Below, in pieces: positions 1-10,242 of a DNA stretch of 58,726 bases. Positions within the stretch are counted from its first letter, which is position 1. Every line of letters starts with the position of its first letter. Source of the stretch: an uncultured Eubacteriales bacterium (lineage in GTDB: Bacteria > Bacillota > Sulfobacillia > UBA995 > UBA9673). Where the stretch lies: NCBI GenBank assembly GCA_913063835.1, contig CAJXZV010000002.1, forward strand, positions 1 to 58,726. The letters run 5' to 3'. Both the position numbers and the translations under genes were made by a program. The notes beneath the pieces were generated by a model. The model did no database searches. It was not told the DNA's origin and saw only the letters and a program-made list of their open reading frames with translations.

Positions 1-322
1 GGGCCTGACCCAGGCGGGCCACGAGGGGGCCCGTGACGAGGAACGAGGCCCGCATCCGCCGGACCAGTTCGTAGGGAGCCTCGAAGCTGGACAGGCCGCG
101 CGTCCGCAGGGTCAGGGTGGAGCCGCGGAGCCGGGCGTCGACGCCGAGACTGACCATGACCTCGAGAGCGGTGTAGACATCCTCGAGCTTGGGCACCCCG
201 GTGATGACCGTGTCACCCTCGGTGAGAATCGAGGCGGCAATGATGGGAAGGACGGCGTTCTTGGCCCCGTGGACCTTGACCCGGCCGGACAGCGGACGCC
301 CGCCCCTTATCATCAGCTTCAT
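1..322 (-). CDS. murA: UDP-N-acetylglucosamine 1-carboxyvinyltransferase (MurA), N-terminal 107 codons; gene runs off the left window edge
   Basis: Reverse translation from ATG 322-320 gives MKLMIRGGRPLSGRVKVHGAKNAVLPIIAASILTEG..VITGVPKLEDVYTALEVM.., a canonical MurA N-terminus. It is absent from the ORF track because it is truncated. Confidence 0.85.
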   Translation of the reverse strand, partial: MKLMIRGGRPLSGRVKVHGAKNAVLPIIAASILTEGDTVITGVPKLEDVYTALEVMVSLGVDARLRGSTLTLRTRGLSSFEAPYELVRRMRASFLVTGPLVARLGQA

Positions 323-371
323 CTCTTGTCTGCTCCCAACAGCGGCCCCTCCGGCCAGCGTGCGGCTGTCC

Positions 372-1607
372 TTAGCATGCCCCGGCAGGCGGGGCCCTGA
401 ACTCGTCCGGCGGCGAGGAGGCCCGCCCGAAGTGGTAAAGGAGCGCCGAGGCGATGCGGCGGGCGGCCCGGCCGTCGCCGAAGGGGTTCCTGGCGCCGGC
501 CATGCGGCGGTAGAAGGCCTCGTCGCGCATGAGGCGCCTCAGGGTCTGGAGGATGTTCTCTTCCTCCGTGCCCACCACCACCACGGTCCCGGCCTCCACC
601 GCCTCGGGCCTCTCCGTGTTCTCCCTGGCGAGGACGACGGGACGGCCCAGGGACGGCGCCTCCTCCTGCAGGCCGCCCGAGTCGGTGAATATGAGGTGGC
701 ACCGGGCCATGAGGTTGACCCAGTCGGGATAGGGAAGGGGCCGGAAGAGGACCACGCTGTCGAGGCCTGCCAGCATCTCCCGGGCGACCTCACCGGCTTC
801 CGGGTTGAGGTGGGCCGACACGAGGAGCCTCACCCCCGGCTCCTCGGTCGCGAAGCGCCGGAGGGCCCGGTAGATGCGTCGCATGGGCTCACCCCAGTTC
901 TCGCGGCGGTGGCACTCCACGAGGACGAGGCGGACGCCTGTCCGGCCCACCTCCTCCTCGAGGACGGGGTCCTCGAAGCGGTGCCCGCGCCTGACTGTCC
1001 AGAGAAGGGCGTCGACGGCGGTGTTTCCCGTCACGTGGATGCGGTCGGCTGAGACGCCTTCCCTGAGCAGGTTGTCCCTTGCCCTGACCGTGGGGGCGAA
1101 GTGGAGGTCGGTCAGGGCGCCGGCGATGCGCCTGTTCATCTCTTCCGGCCACGGGGAGTACTTGTCATAGGTCCTGAGACCGGCCTCGACATGACCGACA
1201 GGGACCCGGGCGTAGAAGGCGGCCAGAGCGGCGGCCATGGACGTCGTGGCGTCCCCGTGCACCAGAAGGATGTCGGGCCGGTCCTCCGCCAGCACCGCCT
1301 GGAGGCCCTCGAGGACGGCCGTGGTGACGCGGGTGAGGGTCTGGCGGGGGGTCATCACGTCGAGGTCATGGTCCGGGACGATGTCGAAGTGCTCCAGGAC
1401 CTGGTCGAGCATTTCCCGGTGCTGGGCCGTCACGGTGACGACCACCCGGAAGGAGGCGGGGTCGGCCCGGAGGGCGTGGACCACGGGGGCCATCTTGATG
1501 GCTTCGGGCCTCGTTCCGAAGACGGTCATCACCGAGAGGGGCCGTCCGGTGTCAGGGGGTGGGCCGGGCGGGAACAGCCCCGCGGTCCCGGAACCTCGAC
1601 CGGTCAT
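372..1607 (-). CDS. mnaA: UDP-N-acetylglucosamine 2-epimerase (non-hydrolysing, MnaA/WecB family)
   Basis: ORF 372..1775 carries the ..VFGTRPEAIKMAPV.. motif and is epimerase-like over its full length. Start set to ATG 1607, which forms an ATGA overlap with the tagO stop at 1604-1606. The alternative ATG 1529 would cut into the first beta-strand. Confidence 0.85.
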   Translation of the reverse strand: MTGRGSGTAGLFPPGPPPDTGRPLSVMTVFGTRPEAIKMAPVVHALRADPASFRVVVTVTAQHREMLDQVLEHFDIVPDHDLDVMTPRQTLTRVTTAVLEGLQAVLAEDRPDILLVHGDATTSMAAALAAFYARVPVGHVEAGLRTYDKYSPWPEEMNRRIAGALTDLHFAPTVRARDNLLREGVSADRIHVTGNTAVDALLWTVRRGHRFEDPVLEEEVGRTGVRLVLVECHRRENWGEPMRRIYRALRRFATEEPGVRLLVSAHLNPEAGEVAREMLAGLDSVVLFRPLPYPDWVNLMARCHLIFTDSGGLQEEAPSLGRPVVLARENTERPEAVEAGTVVVVGTEEENILQTLRRLMRDEAFYRRMAGARNPFGDGRAARRIASALLYHFGRASSPPDEFRAPPAGAC

Positions 1608-2650
1608 TCGGGCAGGTTCTTCCCCTGCTCCCGCGGCAGGCTCCCGGCGCCGACAGCGCTGACGAAGGCCAGGAGCCCAATCAGGCCGAGGCTCATCACC
1701 AGGACGAAGCCGAGTCCCCCGCTCACCTCGGAGAGGAGGACCGCGCTGAGGCCGAGCCAGGCGGTCACCCCCCACATGACGAGGACGGCCTGTCTCTGCG
1801 TCAGACCGAGGTCGAGGAGCCGGTGGTGGAGGTGCCCCCTGTCGGCCTGGCCGACGGAGCGCCCGGCCCTGAGGCGCCGGTAGATGGCCAGGGCCGTGTC
1901 GGTGATGGGCAGGCCCAGGGCGACGATGGGCACGAGGAGGGCCACCGCGGTGGTCTGCTTGAGGGCGCCGTGGATGGAGATGGCCGCGAGGGTGAAACCG
2001 AGGAACATGGCCCCGGCGTCACCCATGAATATCTTGGCCGGGTTGAAGTTATGGGGCAGGAAGCCGACGGTGCTCCCGGCCAGGGCGGCGGCCAGGATGG
2101 TGACTTCGGGGAGGAGGCCGACCCTCGCCGAGGCGAAGAGGGCGGCGATGGCGGCGATGGCGCAGATGCCGGCGGCCAGGCCGTCGAGGCCGTCGGCCAG
2201 GTTCACGACGTTCATGACGGCGACGACCCAGAGGACGCTGAGCGGATAGCTCCAGCTCCCGAGGTAGATGAGGTCGCCGAAGGGGTTGGTTATGAAGTGG
2301 ATGCGCACACCGAGCCCCACCAGGAGGCTGGCGACCAGGACCTGGCCGAGCAGCTTGGTCCGGGGCGAGAGGTCGCGGAAGTCGTCGAGGGTCCCGAGTC
2401 CGAGGGCCAAGAGGCCGCAGGCCAGGATGCGGACGGTCTCGGAGCGGGGCAGTTCACCGATGAGAAGGAGGGTGACAGCGAAGGAGGCGTAGATGGCGAG
2501 GCCGCCGAGGTGGGGCGTGGGTGTGGTGTGAACGCTCCGGGCGGCGGGTCTCGTCACCGCTCCGACTCTGACCGCGAGCCTCCTCACCAGCGGGGTGAGG
2601 AGGTACGTAGTGGCGAAGGCCACAAGACAGGCGACCAAGGGCAGGGGCAC
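1604..2650 (-). CDS. tagO: Undecaprenyl-phosphate GlcNAc-1-phosphate transferase (TagO/WecA, MraY-like family)
   Basis: 348-aa polytopic membrane protein with motifs ..NVVNLADGLDGLAAG.. and ..IFMGDAGAMFLGF... GTG start 2650 is preceded by GGAGGA. Confidence 0.85.
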   Translation of the reverse strand: MPLPLVACLVAFATTYLLTPLVRRLAVRVGAVTRPAARSVHTTPTPHLGGLAIYASFAVTLLLIGELPRSETVRILACGLLALGLGTLDDFRDLSPRTKLLGQVLVASLLVGLGVRIHFITNPFGDLIYLGSWSYPLSVLWVVAVMNVVNLADGLDGLAAGICAIAAIAALFASARVGLLPEVTILAAALAGSTVGFLPHNFNPAKIFMGDAGAMFLGFTLAAISIHGALKQTTAVALLVPIVALGLPITDTALAIYRRLRAGRSVGQADRGHLHHRLLDLGLTQRQAVLVMWGVTAWLGLSAVLLSEVSGGLGFVLVMSLGLIGLLAFVSAVGAGSLPREQGKNLPE

Positions 2651-2720
2651 TGAAAGTCCTCCTACCGAGAAGATCGTTCAGAAGGTGAACAGAAACCGGG
2701 CGACTTTTTCGCTCCGGACA

Positions 2721-2750
2721 ATCCTACAACCTTCCCACCCCCGGTGTCAA
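2721..2750 (-). promoter_or_regulatory. Candidate sigmaA-type promoter for tagO-mnaA-murA (TTGACA-N18-TAGGAT)
   Basis: On the minus strand, TTGACA sits at 2750-2745 and TAGGAT at 2726-2721, about 70 nt upstream of the tagO start in an otherwise non-coding 250-bp gap. Confidence 0.35.
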
Positions 2751-2903
2751 ACAGGCCCAACACAGACGGCAAATGGCACATGAGGCAGGTGCGGGCGGTG
2801 CGGACCTCCCGGCGGCCGCGGCGGGTCTCACCGCGGCGGAGCTCACGGCGGCGGGGGTCATACAACGGACGTCACCGCGGCACAAGGCCGGCGAACCGCC
2901 CCG

Positions 2904-3395
2904 CTACCTTCCGTCAGAGGCCAGGACCCGCCACTTGAGACCGGCTCCACGACGGAGCTCCAGAGCCAGCTCGTCAGGGTAGGGGCTCTCGAAGACGACC
3001 TCCCGTATCCCCGCGTTTATAAGCAGTTTCGTACAGATGGCGCAGGGTTCGTTCGTGCAGTACAGGGTGGCGCCCTCCACGGCCGTGCCGTACCGGGCAG
3101 CCTGCACCAGGACGTTCTGCTCGGCATGTGACCCACGGCACATCTCATGGCGCTCACCGGCCGGGATGCCGAGCGTCGTCCGGAGACAGCCCACCTCGGC
3201 GCAGTGCGGCAGGCCGCTGGGCGCACCGTTGTATCCCGTGGCCAGGATACGTTTCTGGCGCACGAGCACCGCTCCGACCTGCCGCCTGAGGCATGTCGAG
3301 CGGGTGGCGACAGTCCGGGCTATCTCCATGAAATAGGCGTCCCACGAGGGGCGGTGTGGCGCGCCGGACGGATGGCGGGTGCCCCGCCGGGTCAC
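2904..3395 (-). CDS. dCMP deaminase (ComEB-like cytidine/deoxycytidylate deaminase)
   Basis: N-terminus ..[12 protein letters not shown].., zinc motifs HAEQNVL and [12 protein letters not shown] start 3395 overlaps the rpiB stop (GTGA). The rest of the 330-aa ORF 2904..3896 is upstream read-through. Confidence 0.85.
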   Translation of the reverse strand: MTRRGTRHPSGAPHRPSWDAYFMEIARTVATRSTCLRRQVGAVLVRQKRILATGYNGAPSGLPHCAEVGCLRTTLGIPAGERHEMCRGSHAEQNVLVQAARYGTAVEGATLYCTNEPCAICTKLLINAGIREVVFESPYPDELALELRRGAGLKWRVLASDGR

Positions 3396-3883
3396 GGCCG
3401 CCCGCCGCCTTCCGGCCGCCCGTCCCCCTGCCGCGGCCCGAGCCCGGCCTCTATCTCCGTGATGCGCCTGACGCGCCGCTCGTGCCGGCCGCCCCTCTCG
3501 AACTCGGCTCGGAGCCACGCCTTCAGGACCTCGAGAGCCAGCCCGGGCCCGATCACCCGCGCCCCGAGGCAAAGGACGTTGGCGTCGTTGTGCTGCCGCG
3601 AGGCCCGGGCGGAGAAGGTGTCGTGGCAGAGGGCCGCGCGGACCCCTGGGACCTTGTTGGCGACGATGGACACGCCGACACCGGTCCCGCAGGCGACAAC
3701 CCCGCGGTCGACCTCGCCTGCGGCCACCGCCCGGGCCACGGCGAGGGCGATGTCGGGGTAGTCGACCGGGTCGGGCGAACCCGGTCCGAAATCGACAATC
3801 TTGTGGCCGAGCTCCCTGAGAGTGCTCACCATCTCCGTCTTGAGGTCGTAGGCGGCGTGGTCCGAGCCCACGGCGATCCTCAT
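3392..3883 (-). CDS. rpiB: Ribose-5-phosphate isomerase B
   Basis: [15 protein letters not shown].. and ..[16 protein letters not shown].. match the RpiB/LacAB family. ATG 3883 forms an ATGA overlap with the upstream stop. Confidence 0.9.
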   Translation of the reverse strand: MRIAVGSDHAAYDLKTEMVSTLRELGHKIVDFGPGSPDPVDYPDIALAVARAVAAGEVDRGVVACGTGVGVSIVANKVPGVRAALCHDTFSARASRQHNDANVLCLGARVIGPGLALEVLKAWLRAEFERGGRHERRVRRITEIEAGLGPRQGDGRPEGGGRP

Positions 3884-4392
3884 CGCTCCTGTTCATCCTC
3901 TCCGGCCTGCAAGAGTTCCTCGAAGTCGGACTTCCTGGCGAGACGGTCGGCGACCCCGGCCGCGGCCCTGGCTATCTCTTCGGCCGCACGCCGGTAGGCC
4001 TCGGGCCCCTGTCCGATGGGGTCGGCGACGTCCTCTCCGCCCTCCTCCTCGGCCGTGCCGGCGAACCCCTTCAGGGTGTGGACCCGGTCGGCCGCCTCCG
4101 GGTGCGCCTCGAGCACGGCGTCCCTGTGCCGCTTCTCCATGGTCAGGATGAGCCTGGCCTGCGAGACGAGGTCCTTCGTCAGCGGGCGCGAGCGGTGCCC
4201 GCTGAGGTCGAGACCCCGCTCCTTCATGACCTCGACCGCCTCGCGCGAGGCCGGGGCCCCCTCGACGGCCGCGGTCCCCGCCGATTCCACCCGCAGGCCG
4301 GAGAGGCCGGCCCGACGGAGGTGTTCGGCGAGGATGACGGCCCCCATGGGACTGCGGCAGGTGTTCCCGGTACAGACGAGGAGGATGGTATC
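3880..4392 (-). other. LMW protein tyrosine/arginine phosphatase domain (aa 757-926 of the fusion ORF)
   Basis: P-loop ..[14 protein letters not shown].. (CX5R-S) and the downstream ..DPIG.. Asp loop (..DVADPIGQG..). Confidence 0.8.
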
Positions 4393-6660
4393 CCCCGGTG
4401 GGCCGCCTTCCGGGTCGGACCGCCGGCCTCGGGCGGGCTCCACCTCCGGGCCGGCCGCCGCCGCCCGGCGCAGGCGGTCGTTTATGGCCAGGCCCAGCCC
4501 GCTCTCAGGCATGCCTTCCGCGACGATCACCTCCACCTCCTCGCGGTCGAGGTCCCGGAGTACGGCGAAGAGGTTCGAGGCCACCTCCGGCGGAGAGGTC
4601 CTGCGGCCCCACGGCCGCACCAGGACCGAAGCCGGCAGGCGTCCCCGGAGACGGGCCGCCGTCTCCGCGGTGCAGGCCACGCCGACCCGCCTCCCGGACC
4701 CGGTCTCGGCCTCGACGGCCCGGGCGACGGCCTCGGCCGCCCGGACCTCCCCCGGCCGGTCCGTCTCCGGAAGGACGAGGATGACCCTCGCCCTCGGGGC
4801 GTAGTGGCGGTGGCGGAGGCCGGGGGACTTCGGCGGCCTGTCGAGGTCTGCCCCGGCGTCCGCCCCGGCGGCCAGCCGGACATCGCCCAGCACCCGCCGG
4901 AGTTCCTCCAGGGTGATCCCTCCGGGCCGTAGGACCGTCGGCACCGGCTCCGTCAGGTCGAGCACGGTCGACTCCACTCCGACCGAGCAGGGCCCGGCGT
5001 CGATGACGTAGTCGATGCGGTCCCCGAGGTCGGCCAGCACGTCCTCGGCGCGGGTCGGGCTCGGGTAGCCGCTCCTGTTGGCGCTCGGGGCGGCGACCGG
5101 CACCCCCGCCAGCCGGATGAGCTCCAGGGCGACCGGATGGTCGGGCATCCGCACGGCCACGGTGTCGAGCCCGCACGAGACCTCCGAGGCCACGGCGCCG
5201 CTCCGCTCGAGGACCAGACTCAGGGGGCCGGGCCAGAAGGCCCGCATCAGCGCCTCGGCCCTCTCCGGCAACCGCCGCACGAGCGGGCGGACCTCGGCCG
5301 GGGAGGAAACGTGCACGATGAGAGGGTTGTCGGGCGGACGCCCCTTGGCCTCGAAGACGGCTCTTACGGCCCGGCCCTGCCGTGCGTCGGCTCCGAGACC
5401 GTAGACGGTCTCGGTCGGGAAGGCCACCAGGCCGCCCCGGCGGAGGCAGGAAGCAGCCTCCTGAAGGAGCCGGGGCTCGGGAGCCTGCGGGCTCACGCGG
5501 ATGACGCGGGCCCGCGCTCCGCCACCCTCCCGGCGGTCGTCAGGGTCCTTCCGAGACATGGTCCCCTCCGGAAGCAGCACCGGACCGGATGTGCTGGAGG
5601 GCCCGACCCGGCTGGACCGTTCGGCGGGTCCCTCCCGACGCCGGTCCCGTCCTAGTTGTTGTCCGACACCGAGCGGCGAATCCCTGCCCGGTCCGGCGGC
5701 GGGCCCGGCCGGGGCCCTCCTGGCCGCGAGGACCCTGGGCCGCCCGGCGAGGTCCCGGTGCACACGGACCGAGTCGAAGAGCCCTGTGCCCATAAGGAGG
5801 GCCGTGACCGCGTCGGCCTGCTCCGCGCCCACCTCGAGGCAGACGAAACCTCCCGGGGCGAGGTGGAAGGGGAGCTGTGAGGCCAGCCGCCGGAAGAGGT
5901 CCAGGCCGTCGAGGCCGCCGAGGAGGCTCTCGGGAGGCTCGTAGAGCCGGACCTCGGGCGGAAGCCCGGGCCACTCGGTCTGGGCGACGTAGGGAAGATT
6001 GGCCACGACGCCGTCCAGCAGGCGGCGGCCGGAGGCGGGGCCGGAGGGGCGGCTCGAGGCGGGGCCGGAGGGGCGGCCTGAGGCGGCGGGAGCGAAGGCC
6101 TCGAGGAGGTCGCCCTGGTAGAGCTTCACCCTGTCCTGAAGACCGTGCCTGGCGATGTTCCTCGCCGCGTACTCGAGGGCCCGCGGCGAGGAGTCCGAGG
6201 CCACGAAGCGGCATTCGGGCAGGAGGCGCGCCAGGGCCACGACCACCGCGCCGGAGCCGGTGCCGACGTCGGCGACCAGACGGGCGCCGGCCTCCCGCGC
6301 CGCGGCCGCGGCAACTTCCACCAGGAGCTCTGTCTCGGGTCGCGGGACGAGGACCCCCGGTCCGACCTCGAGGTCGAACGACATGAACTCACGGCGGCCG
6401 GTGATGTAGGCGAGGGGGCACCGGGCGGCCCGCCGCCCCACGACCTCCCGGTACGCCCGGCGCTCGAGCGGAGTGAGCCGGCGCTCCGGGTGGGCCAGGA
6501 GGGTCTCCCGGCTGAGCCCGGTGACATGGCACAGGAGCACCTCGGCGTCGAGGAGGGGGGTGTCACATCCGGCCCGGCGCAGGACCCCGGCGGCCTCGCG
6601 AACGGCGGACCCCACGGACTCGGGTGCGGCCGGGCCCCGCCCCGGCGGCATCCGCCTCAC
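3880..6660 (-). CDS. Tri-domain fusion ORF: release-factor glutamine methyltransferase (PrmC) + L-threonylcarbamoyladenylate synthase (Sua5/TsaC/YwlC) + low-molecular-weight protein phosphatase (YwlE-like)
   Basis: Uninterrupted 926-codon frame from GTG 6660 to TGA 3880. The GTG start overlaps the prfA stop. See the domain sub-features and finding. Confidence 0.8.
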   Translation of the reverse strand: MRRMPPGRGPAAPESVGSAVREAAGVLRRAGCDTPLLDAEVLLCHVTGLSRETLLAHPERRLTPLERRAYREVVGRRAARCPLAYITGRREFMSFDLEVGPGVLVPRPETELLVEVAAAAAREAGARLVADVGTGSGAVVVALARLLPECRFVASDSSPRALEYAARNIARHGLQDRVKLYQGDLLEAFAPAASGRPSGPASSRPSGPASGRRLLDGVVANLPYVAQTEWPGLPPEVRLYEPPESLLGGLDGLDLFRRLASQLPFHLAPGGFVCLEVGAEQADAVTALLMGTGLFDSVRVHRDLAGRPRVLAARRAPAGPAAGPGRDSPLGVGQQLGRDRRREGPAERSSRVGPSSTSGPVLLPEGTMSRKDPDDRREGGGARARVIRVSPQAPEPRLLQEAASCLRRGGLVAFPTETVYGLGADARQGRAVRAVFEAKGRPPDNPLIVHVSSPAEVRPLVRRLPERAEALMRAFWPGPLSLVLERSGAVASEVSCGLDTVAVRMPDHPVALELIRLAGVPVAAPSANRSGYPSPTRAEDVLADLGDRIDYVIDAGPCSVGVESTVLDLTEPVPTVLRPGGITLEELRRVLGDVRLAAGADAGADLDRPPKSPGLRHRHYAPRARVILVLPETDRPGEVRAAEAVARAVEAETGSGRRVGVACTAETAARLRGRLPASVLVRPWGRRTSPPEVASNLFAVLRDLDREEVEVIVAEGMPESGLGLAINDRLRRAAAAGPEVEPARGRRSDPEGGPPGDTILLVCTGNTCRSPMGAVILAEHLRRAGLSGLRVESAGTAAVEGAPASREAVEVMKERGLDLSGHRSRPLTKDLVSQARLILTMEKRHRDAVLEAHPEAADRVHTLKGFAGTAEEEGGEDVADPIGQGPEAYRRAAEEIARAAAGVADRLARKSDFEELLQAGEDEQER
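4456..5559 (-). other. Sua5/YrdC/YwlC domain (aa 368-735 of the fusion ORF)
   Basis: ..[18 protein letters not shown].., ..[13 protein letters not shown].., ..APSANRSG.. and a Sua5 C-terminal domain. Internal ATG 5559 is preceded by GGAGGGGA. Confidence 0.8.
5713..6660 (-). other. prmC: PrmC/HemK methyltransferase domain (aa 1-316 of the fusion ORF)
   Basis: SAM motif ..[13 protein letters not shown]... An NLPY tetrapeptide replaces the canonical NPPY. Typical C-terminal ..[11 protein letters not shown]... Confidence 0.8.
6032..6079. repeat. 24-bp perfect-phase tandem duplication (2 copies plus a partial third to about 6090) inside the PrmC domain
   Basis: gaggcggggccggaggggcggctc / gaggcggggccggaggggcggcct. 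These encode (G/S)RPSGPAS twice. Confidence 0.9.
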
Positions 6661-7724
6661 TCGACCTTCCGCAGCTCTTCCGCCTGAGCCGAGGTGGCGA
6701 GGGCGTCGATGAGCTCGTCAAGGTCGCCGTCGAGGATGAGGGGGAGCTTGTGCAGGGTCAGACCGATGCGGTGGTCCGTGACCCTGCCCTGCGGGAAGTT
6801 GTAGGTCCGGATGCGTTCACTGCGGTCACCGGTGCCGACCTGGGAGCGCCGCCGGCGGGCGATCTCCTCCCTCTGCTCCTCTTCCGCCTTGGCCAGGAGC
6901 CGGGCCCGGAGGACGCGCATGGCCTTGTCCCTGTTCCTGTGCTGGGACTTCTCGTCCTGGCAGGTCACCACGATGCCTGTCGGAAGGTGCGTGATTCTCA
7001 CCGCCGACTCGGTCTTGTTCACGTGCTGCCCGCCGGGCCCGCCGGCGCCGTAGGTGTCGATGCGGAGGTCCTCGGGCTTTATCTCCACCTCGACCTCCTC
7101 GGCCTCCGGGAGGACGGCGACGGTGGCCGTGGAGGTGTGGATGCGGCCGCTGGACTCCGTCTCGGGGACGCGCTGGACCCGGTGGACCCCGCTCTCGTAC
7201 TTCAGGCGGCTGTAGGCCCCTTCACCCTCGACCATGAAGACGACTTCCTTGAAGCCGCCGATGTCGGTGGGGGTCGCGCTCACCAGCTCGGTGCGCCAGC
7301 CCTTGCGCTCGGCGTAGCGGGTGTAGGCCCGGTAGAGGTCGGCGGCGAACAGCGCCGCCTCCTCCCCGCCCGTCCCGCTGCGGATCTCGATGAAGACGTT
7401 CTTCTCGTCGTTGGGGTCCCGCGGGAGAAGGAGCACCTTCAGCCTGCTCTCGAGTTCGGCCTTGCGCGCGCGGAGCGCCTTCAGCTCGCTCTCGGCCATC
7501 TCCCTGAGCTCGCCGTCGGTCTCGCCCTCCAGAAGCTCCCGGGCCCCGCGGATCTCCTCCTCGACCTTCCTCAGGGCCCGGTAGGCCTCCACGATGGGCT
7601 CCAGGCGCGAGCGCTCCTTCGCCACGGCCTGCCAGCGGTCGTGGTCGGCCAGCACCGCGGGGTCGGCGAGCTGCGCGGTGAGAGCCTCGTACCTGCGGTC
7701 GAGTTCGGCGAGCTTCTCCAGCAC
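6657..7724 (-). CDS. prfA: Peptide chain release factor 1
   Basis: GGQ motif (..[11 protein letters not shown]..) and the RF1-type PxT tripeptide (..RVPETE..). 355 aa, GTG start. Confidence 0.95.
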   Translation of the reverse strand: MLEKLAELDRRYEALTAQLADPAVLADHDRWQAVAKERSRLEPIVEAYRALRKVEEEIRGARELLEGETDGELREMAESELKALRARKAELESRLKVLLLPRDPNDEKNVFIEIRSGTGGEEAALFAADLYRAYTRYAERKGWRTELVSATPTDIGGFKEVVFMVEGEGAYSRLKYESGVHRVQRVPETESSGRIHTSTATVAVLPEAEEVEVEIKPEDLRIDTYGAGGPGGQHVNKTESAVRITHLPTGIVVTCQDEKSQHRNRDKAMRVLRARLLAKAEEEQREEIARRRRSQVGTGDRSERIRTYNFPQGRVTDHRIGLTLHKLPLILDGDLDELIDALATSAQAEELRKVE

Positions 7725-7805
7725 CTTTCTGTCACCGCCAAACGGCCCTGCGGCCGCCCGGGGACCGGCGGCCGCGTGAATTATAGCACGCCCGGAATCA
7801 GCGCT

Positions 7806-8747
7806 TCAACGAAGGTCCGGGGAGCGCTCCGGGTCTAGCCGCGGCGGGTCGAGGGCGGCCAGGGCCGCCGCCGCCACCTCTAGCTGGCTGTCGTCGGGCT
7901 CCCGCGTCGTCAGCCGCTGGAGCCACAGGCCCGGCGCGGCCATCCACCTCACAAGCGGGGACCTCGACCGGTCGGCGAGGCGGATGGCCTCGTAAGCCAC
8001 CCCGGCCACCACCGGCAGGAGCAGGAGGCGGGTGGCCATCCTCACCCATATGTTCGGCCAGCCGAAGAGGGAGAAGAAGACGACACTCACCACGACGACG
8101 AAGAGCAGGAAGCTCGTCCCGCACCGGGGGTGGGTCGTGCTCTGCTCCCTCGCGGCCGCCGGGCTCCAGTCCCCCGTCGCCGTGTAGGCGTTGATGACCT
8201 TGTGCTCCGCCCCGTGGTACTCGTAGACCCGCCTCACGTCGGGCATGCGCCCGATGGCCCACACGTAGGCGATGAGGACGCCGAGGCGCAGGAGCCCCTC
8301 CGCCAGGTTGACGACCAGGTCCCCCGCTCCCGACCGGAGCAGGGGACCGGCGACGACGGTGGGGAGGAGGACGAACAGGCCGACGGCGCCCAGGACGCCG
8401 ATGACGACCACCAGGGCGCTCTCCGCCCGGGACAGCTTCTCCTCCTCGCCTGCGGCCTCGTCGGCCGACCACATCAGGCTCTCCACCCCGACGACGAGAG
8501 AGTCCACAAGGGCGAACAGCCCCCGGGCCAGGGGCACGCGGGCGAGAGGGTGCCGTGAGGCCGGACCGGGCCGTCTGACGAGGCGGGTGACGATCTCCCC
8601 TCCGGGCCTCCGGACGGCGACGGCGTACCCGTCGGGCCCGCGCATCATTACCCCCTCGATGACCGCCTGTCCCCCGTAGGAGACCGCGGGGCCGGCCTTC
8701 ACCCCCGGCGGGCGGACGGGACCGGCCTGGCCGACGCGCGCTCTCAC
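7806..8747 (-). CDS. DUF1385 (YqhQ-like) membrane protein
   Basis: ..YGGQAVIEGVMMRG.., ..YHGAEHKVINAY.., ..HPRCGTSF.. and C-terminal TM helices. GTG 8747 forms a GTGA overlap with the permease stop; GTG 8702 is an alternative. The remainder of the 552-aa ORF is read-through. Confidence 0.75.
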   Translation of the reverse strand: MRARVGQAGPVRPPGVKAGPAVSYGGQAVIEGVMMRGPDGYAVAVRRPGGEIVTRLVRRPGPASRHPLARVPLARGLFALVDSLVVGVESLMWSADEAAGEEEKLSRAESALVVVIGVLGAVGLFVLLPTVVAGPLLRSGAGDLVVNLAEGLLRLGVLIAYVWAIGRMPDVRRVYEYHGAEHKVINAYTATGDWSPAAAREQSTTHPRCGTSFLLFVVVVSVVFFSLFGWPNIWVRMATRLLLLPVVAGVAYEAIRLADRSRSPLVRWMAAPGLWLQRLTTREPDDSQLEVAAAALAALDPPRLDPERSPDLR

Positions 8748-9436
8748 GCTTCGCGTCCTTCCACACCGGTCTCGAGGCCGGGGATGCGGAACCGGCGTTC
8801 GACGTGGTCCATGACCTTGGTCACGGCGTAGACGACGAGGATGTAGATGAGGGCCACCGTGAAGAGGGTCGGGCCGACCTTCCAGGTGCGGGTGATGATG
8901 AGCTGTCCCCTGGTGAAGAGCTCCCCGACGGCGATCATGTACACGACCGAAACGTACTTGACCATGTAGGCCACCTCGTTGGACCACGACGGAAGGGCCA
9001 GCCTCAGGGCCTGCGGCAGGACCACCCACCGGAAGGCCGTCAGGGACCGCATCCCCAGGGCCCGCGCCGCGAGGAGCTGGCCGCGGCTCACGGACTGGAT
9101 GGCCCCCCGGATGTACTCCGACTGGTAGGCCGCAGAGTTGAGGAAGAGGGCTATCCAGGCCGACAGAAGACGGTCCAGAACGAAGCCGAGCTCGGGCAGA
9201 CCGTAGTAGACCACGTAGAGCTGCACGAGCAGGGGCGTCCCCCGGAAGAGTTCGACGAAGGCCGTCGCCGGCCAGTTGAGGGGGCCGCGGGTGTAGGTCC
9301 TGACGAGCGCGACGGGGACGGCAAGGACGAACCCCCCGGCGAGCGACATCGCGGTCAACTGGATGGTGACCTCCAGGCCCTGCAGGAGTTCGGGCAGGAT
9401 GTCCCACATGAACCGGAGGGTCTCCGTGAGGGTCAC
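8744..9436 (-). CDS. Polar amino-acid ABC transporter permease
   Basis: 230-aa multi-TM protein with an EAA-type loop ..[34 protein letters not shown]... Confidence 0.85.
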   Translation of the reverse strand: MTLTETLRFMWDILPELLQGLEVTIQLTAMSLAGGFVLAVPVALVRTYTRGPLNWPATAFVELFRGTPLLVQLYVVYYGLPELGFVLDRLLSAWIALFLNSAAYQSEYIRGAIQSVSRGQLLAARALGMRSLTAFRWVVLPQALRLALPSWSNEVAYMVKYVSVVYMIAVGELFTRGQLIITRTWKVGPTLFTVALIYILVVYAVTKVMDHVERRFRIPGLETGVEGREA

Positions 9437-10215
9437 CGCTCCCGCCCCCTGGACTTCGGCTCACCGTGTTCGCCGTAGAGTTCGGTGAGCTTGTAGAGGA
9501 ACTCGCGGGTCCTCGGGTTCCTGGGGTTCACGAAGAGCTGCTCGGGCGGTCCCTCCTCGGCGATGACCCCGTCCTCGAGGAAGATGATGCGGTCGGCCAC
9601 CTCGCGGGCGAAGCCCAGCTCGTGGCTCACCACGAGCATGGTCATGCCCTGCGAGGCGAGGGCCTGCATGACCTCGAGGACCTCTCCGATGAGCTCGGGG
9701 TCGAGGGCGGACGTGGGCTCGTCGAAAAGCATCACCTTCGGGTTCATCGCCAGGGCCCTGGCGATGGCCACCCTCTGCTTCTGGCCGCCGGAGAGCTCCG
9801 CGGGGTAGAGGTCGGCCTTGTCGGCCAGACCGACCTTCTCGAGCTCACGCTCTGCCCTGGCCCGGGCCTCGGCCGTCTTCATACCCTTCACCTTGGTCAG
9901 GGCCAGCATGACGTTCTGGACGGCCGTGAGATGGGTGAAGAGGTTGAACTCCTGGAAGACCATCCCGATCTTCTCGCGGGCCTTGTTGATGTCGACGGCC
10001 TTGTCGGTGAGCTCGACCCCTTCGAGCCAGACACGGCCCCTGTCGGGCACCGTGAGAAGATTGACACACCGCAGGAGGGTGCTCTTCCCCGTCCCGCTCG
10101 GACCGATGATGACCACGACCTCGCCGGGCGCCACGTCGAAAGACACGCCGCGCAGGACCTTGGTCTTCCCGTAGGCCTTGTGGATGTCCTCTATCCTGAG
10201 AATGGGTTCGGCCAC
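9433..10215 (-). CDS. Polar amino-acid ABC transporter ATP-binding protein (GlnQ/HisP-like)
   Basis: Walker [10 protein letters not shown], signature [15 protein letters not shown], Walker [13 protein letters not shown]. Confidence 0.9.
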   Translation of the reverse strand: MAEPILRIEDIHKAYGKTKVLRGVSFDVAPGEVVVIIGPSGTGKSTLLRCVNLLTVPDRGRVWLEGVELTDKAVDINKAREKIGMVFQEFNLFTHLTAVQNVMLALTKVKGMKTAEARARAERELEKVGLADKADLYPAELSGGQKQRVAIARALAMNPKVMLFDEPTSALDPELIGEVLEVMQALASQGMTMLVVSHELGFAREVADRIIFLEDGVIAEEGPPEQLFVNPRNPRTREFLYKLTELYGEHGEPKSRGRER

Positions 10216-10242
10216 CGGAGTCGACCCCCGTTCGTACGTTCG

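Noticed and set aside
6032-6090. Tandem repeat considered as a possible CRISPR or minisatellite element.
   Set aside because: There are only about 2.3 contiguous copies with no spacers. They are fully in-frame inside the PrmC coding region, so this is a coding duplication and not a CRISPR array. No other repeat-spacer structure was seen in the window.
7806-9464. Taking track ORFs at face value as full-length genes. Examples are the 552 aa ORF 7806..9464, the 330 aa ORF 2904..3896, and the 5' extensions of 11002..11964, 29664..31103, 35529..36743, 37906..39597 and 50743..52992.
   Set aside because: The N-terminal portions run through neighbouring genes or intergenic DNA and lack homology. Internal starts with Shine-Dalgarno boxes or 4-nt overlaps give proteins with canonical N-termini, so the shorter coordinates were used.
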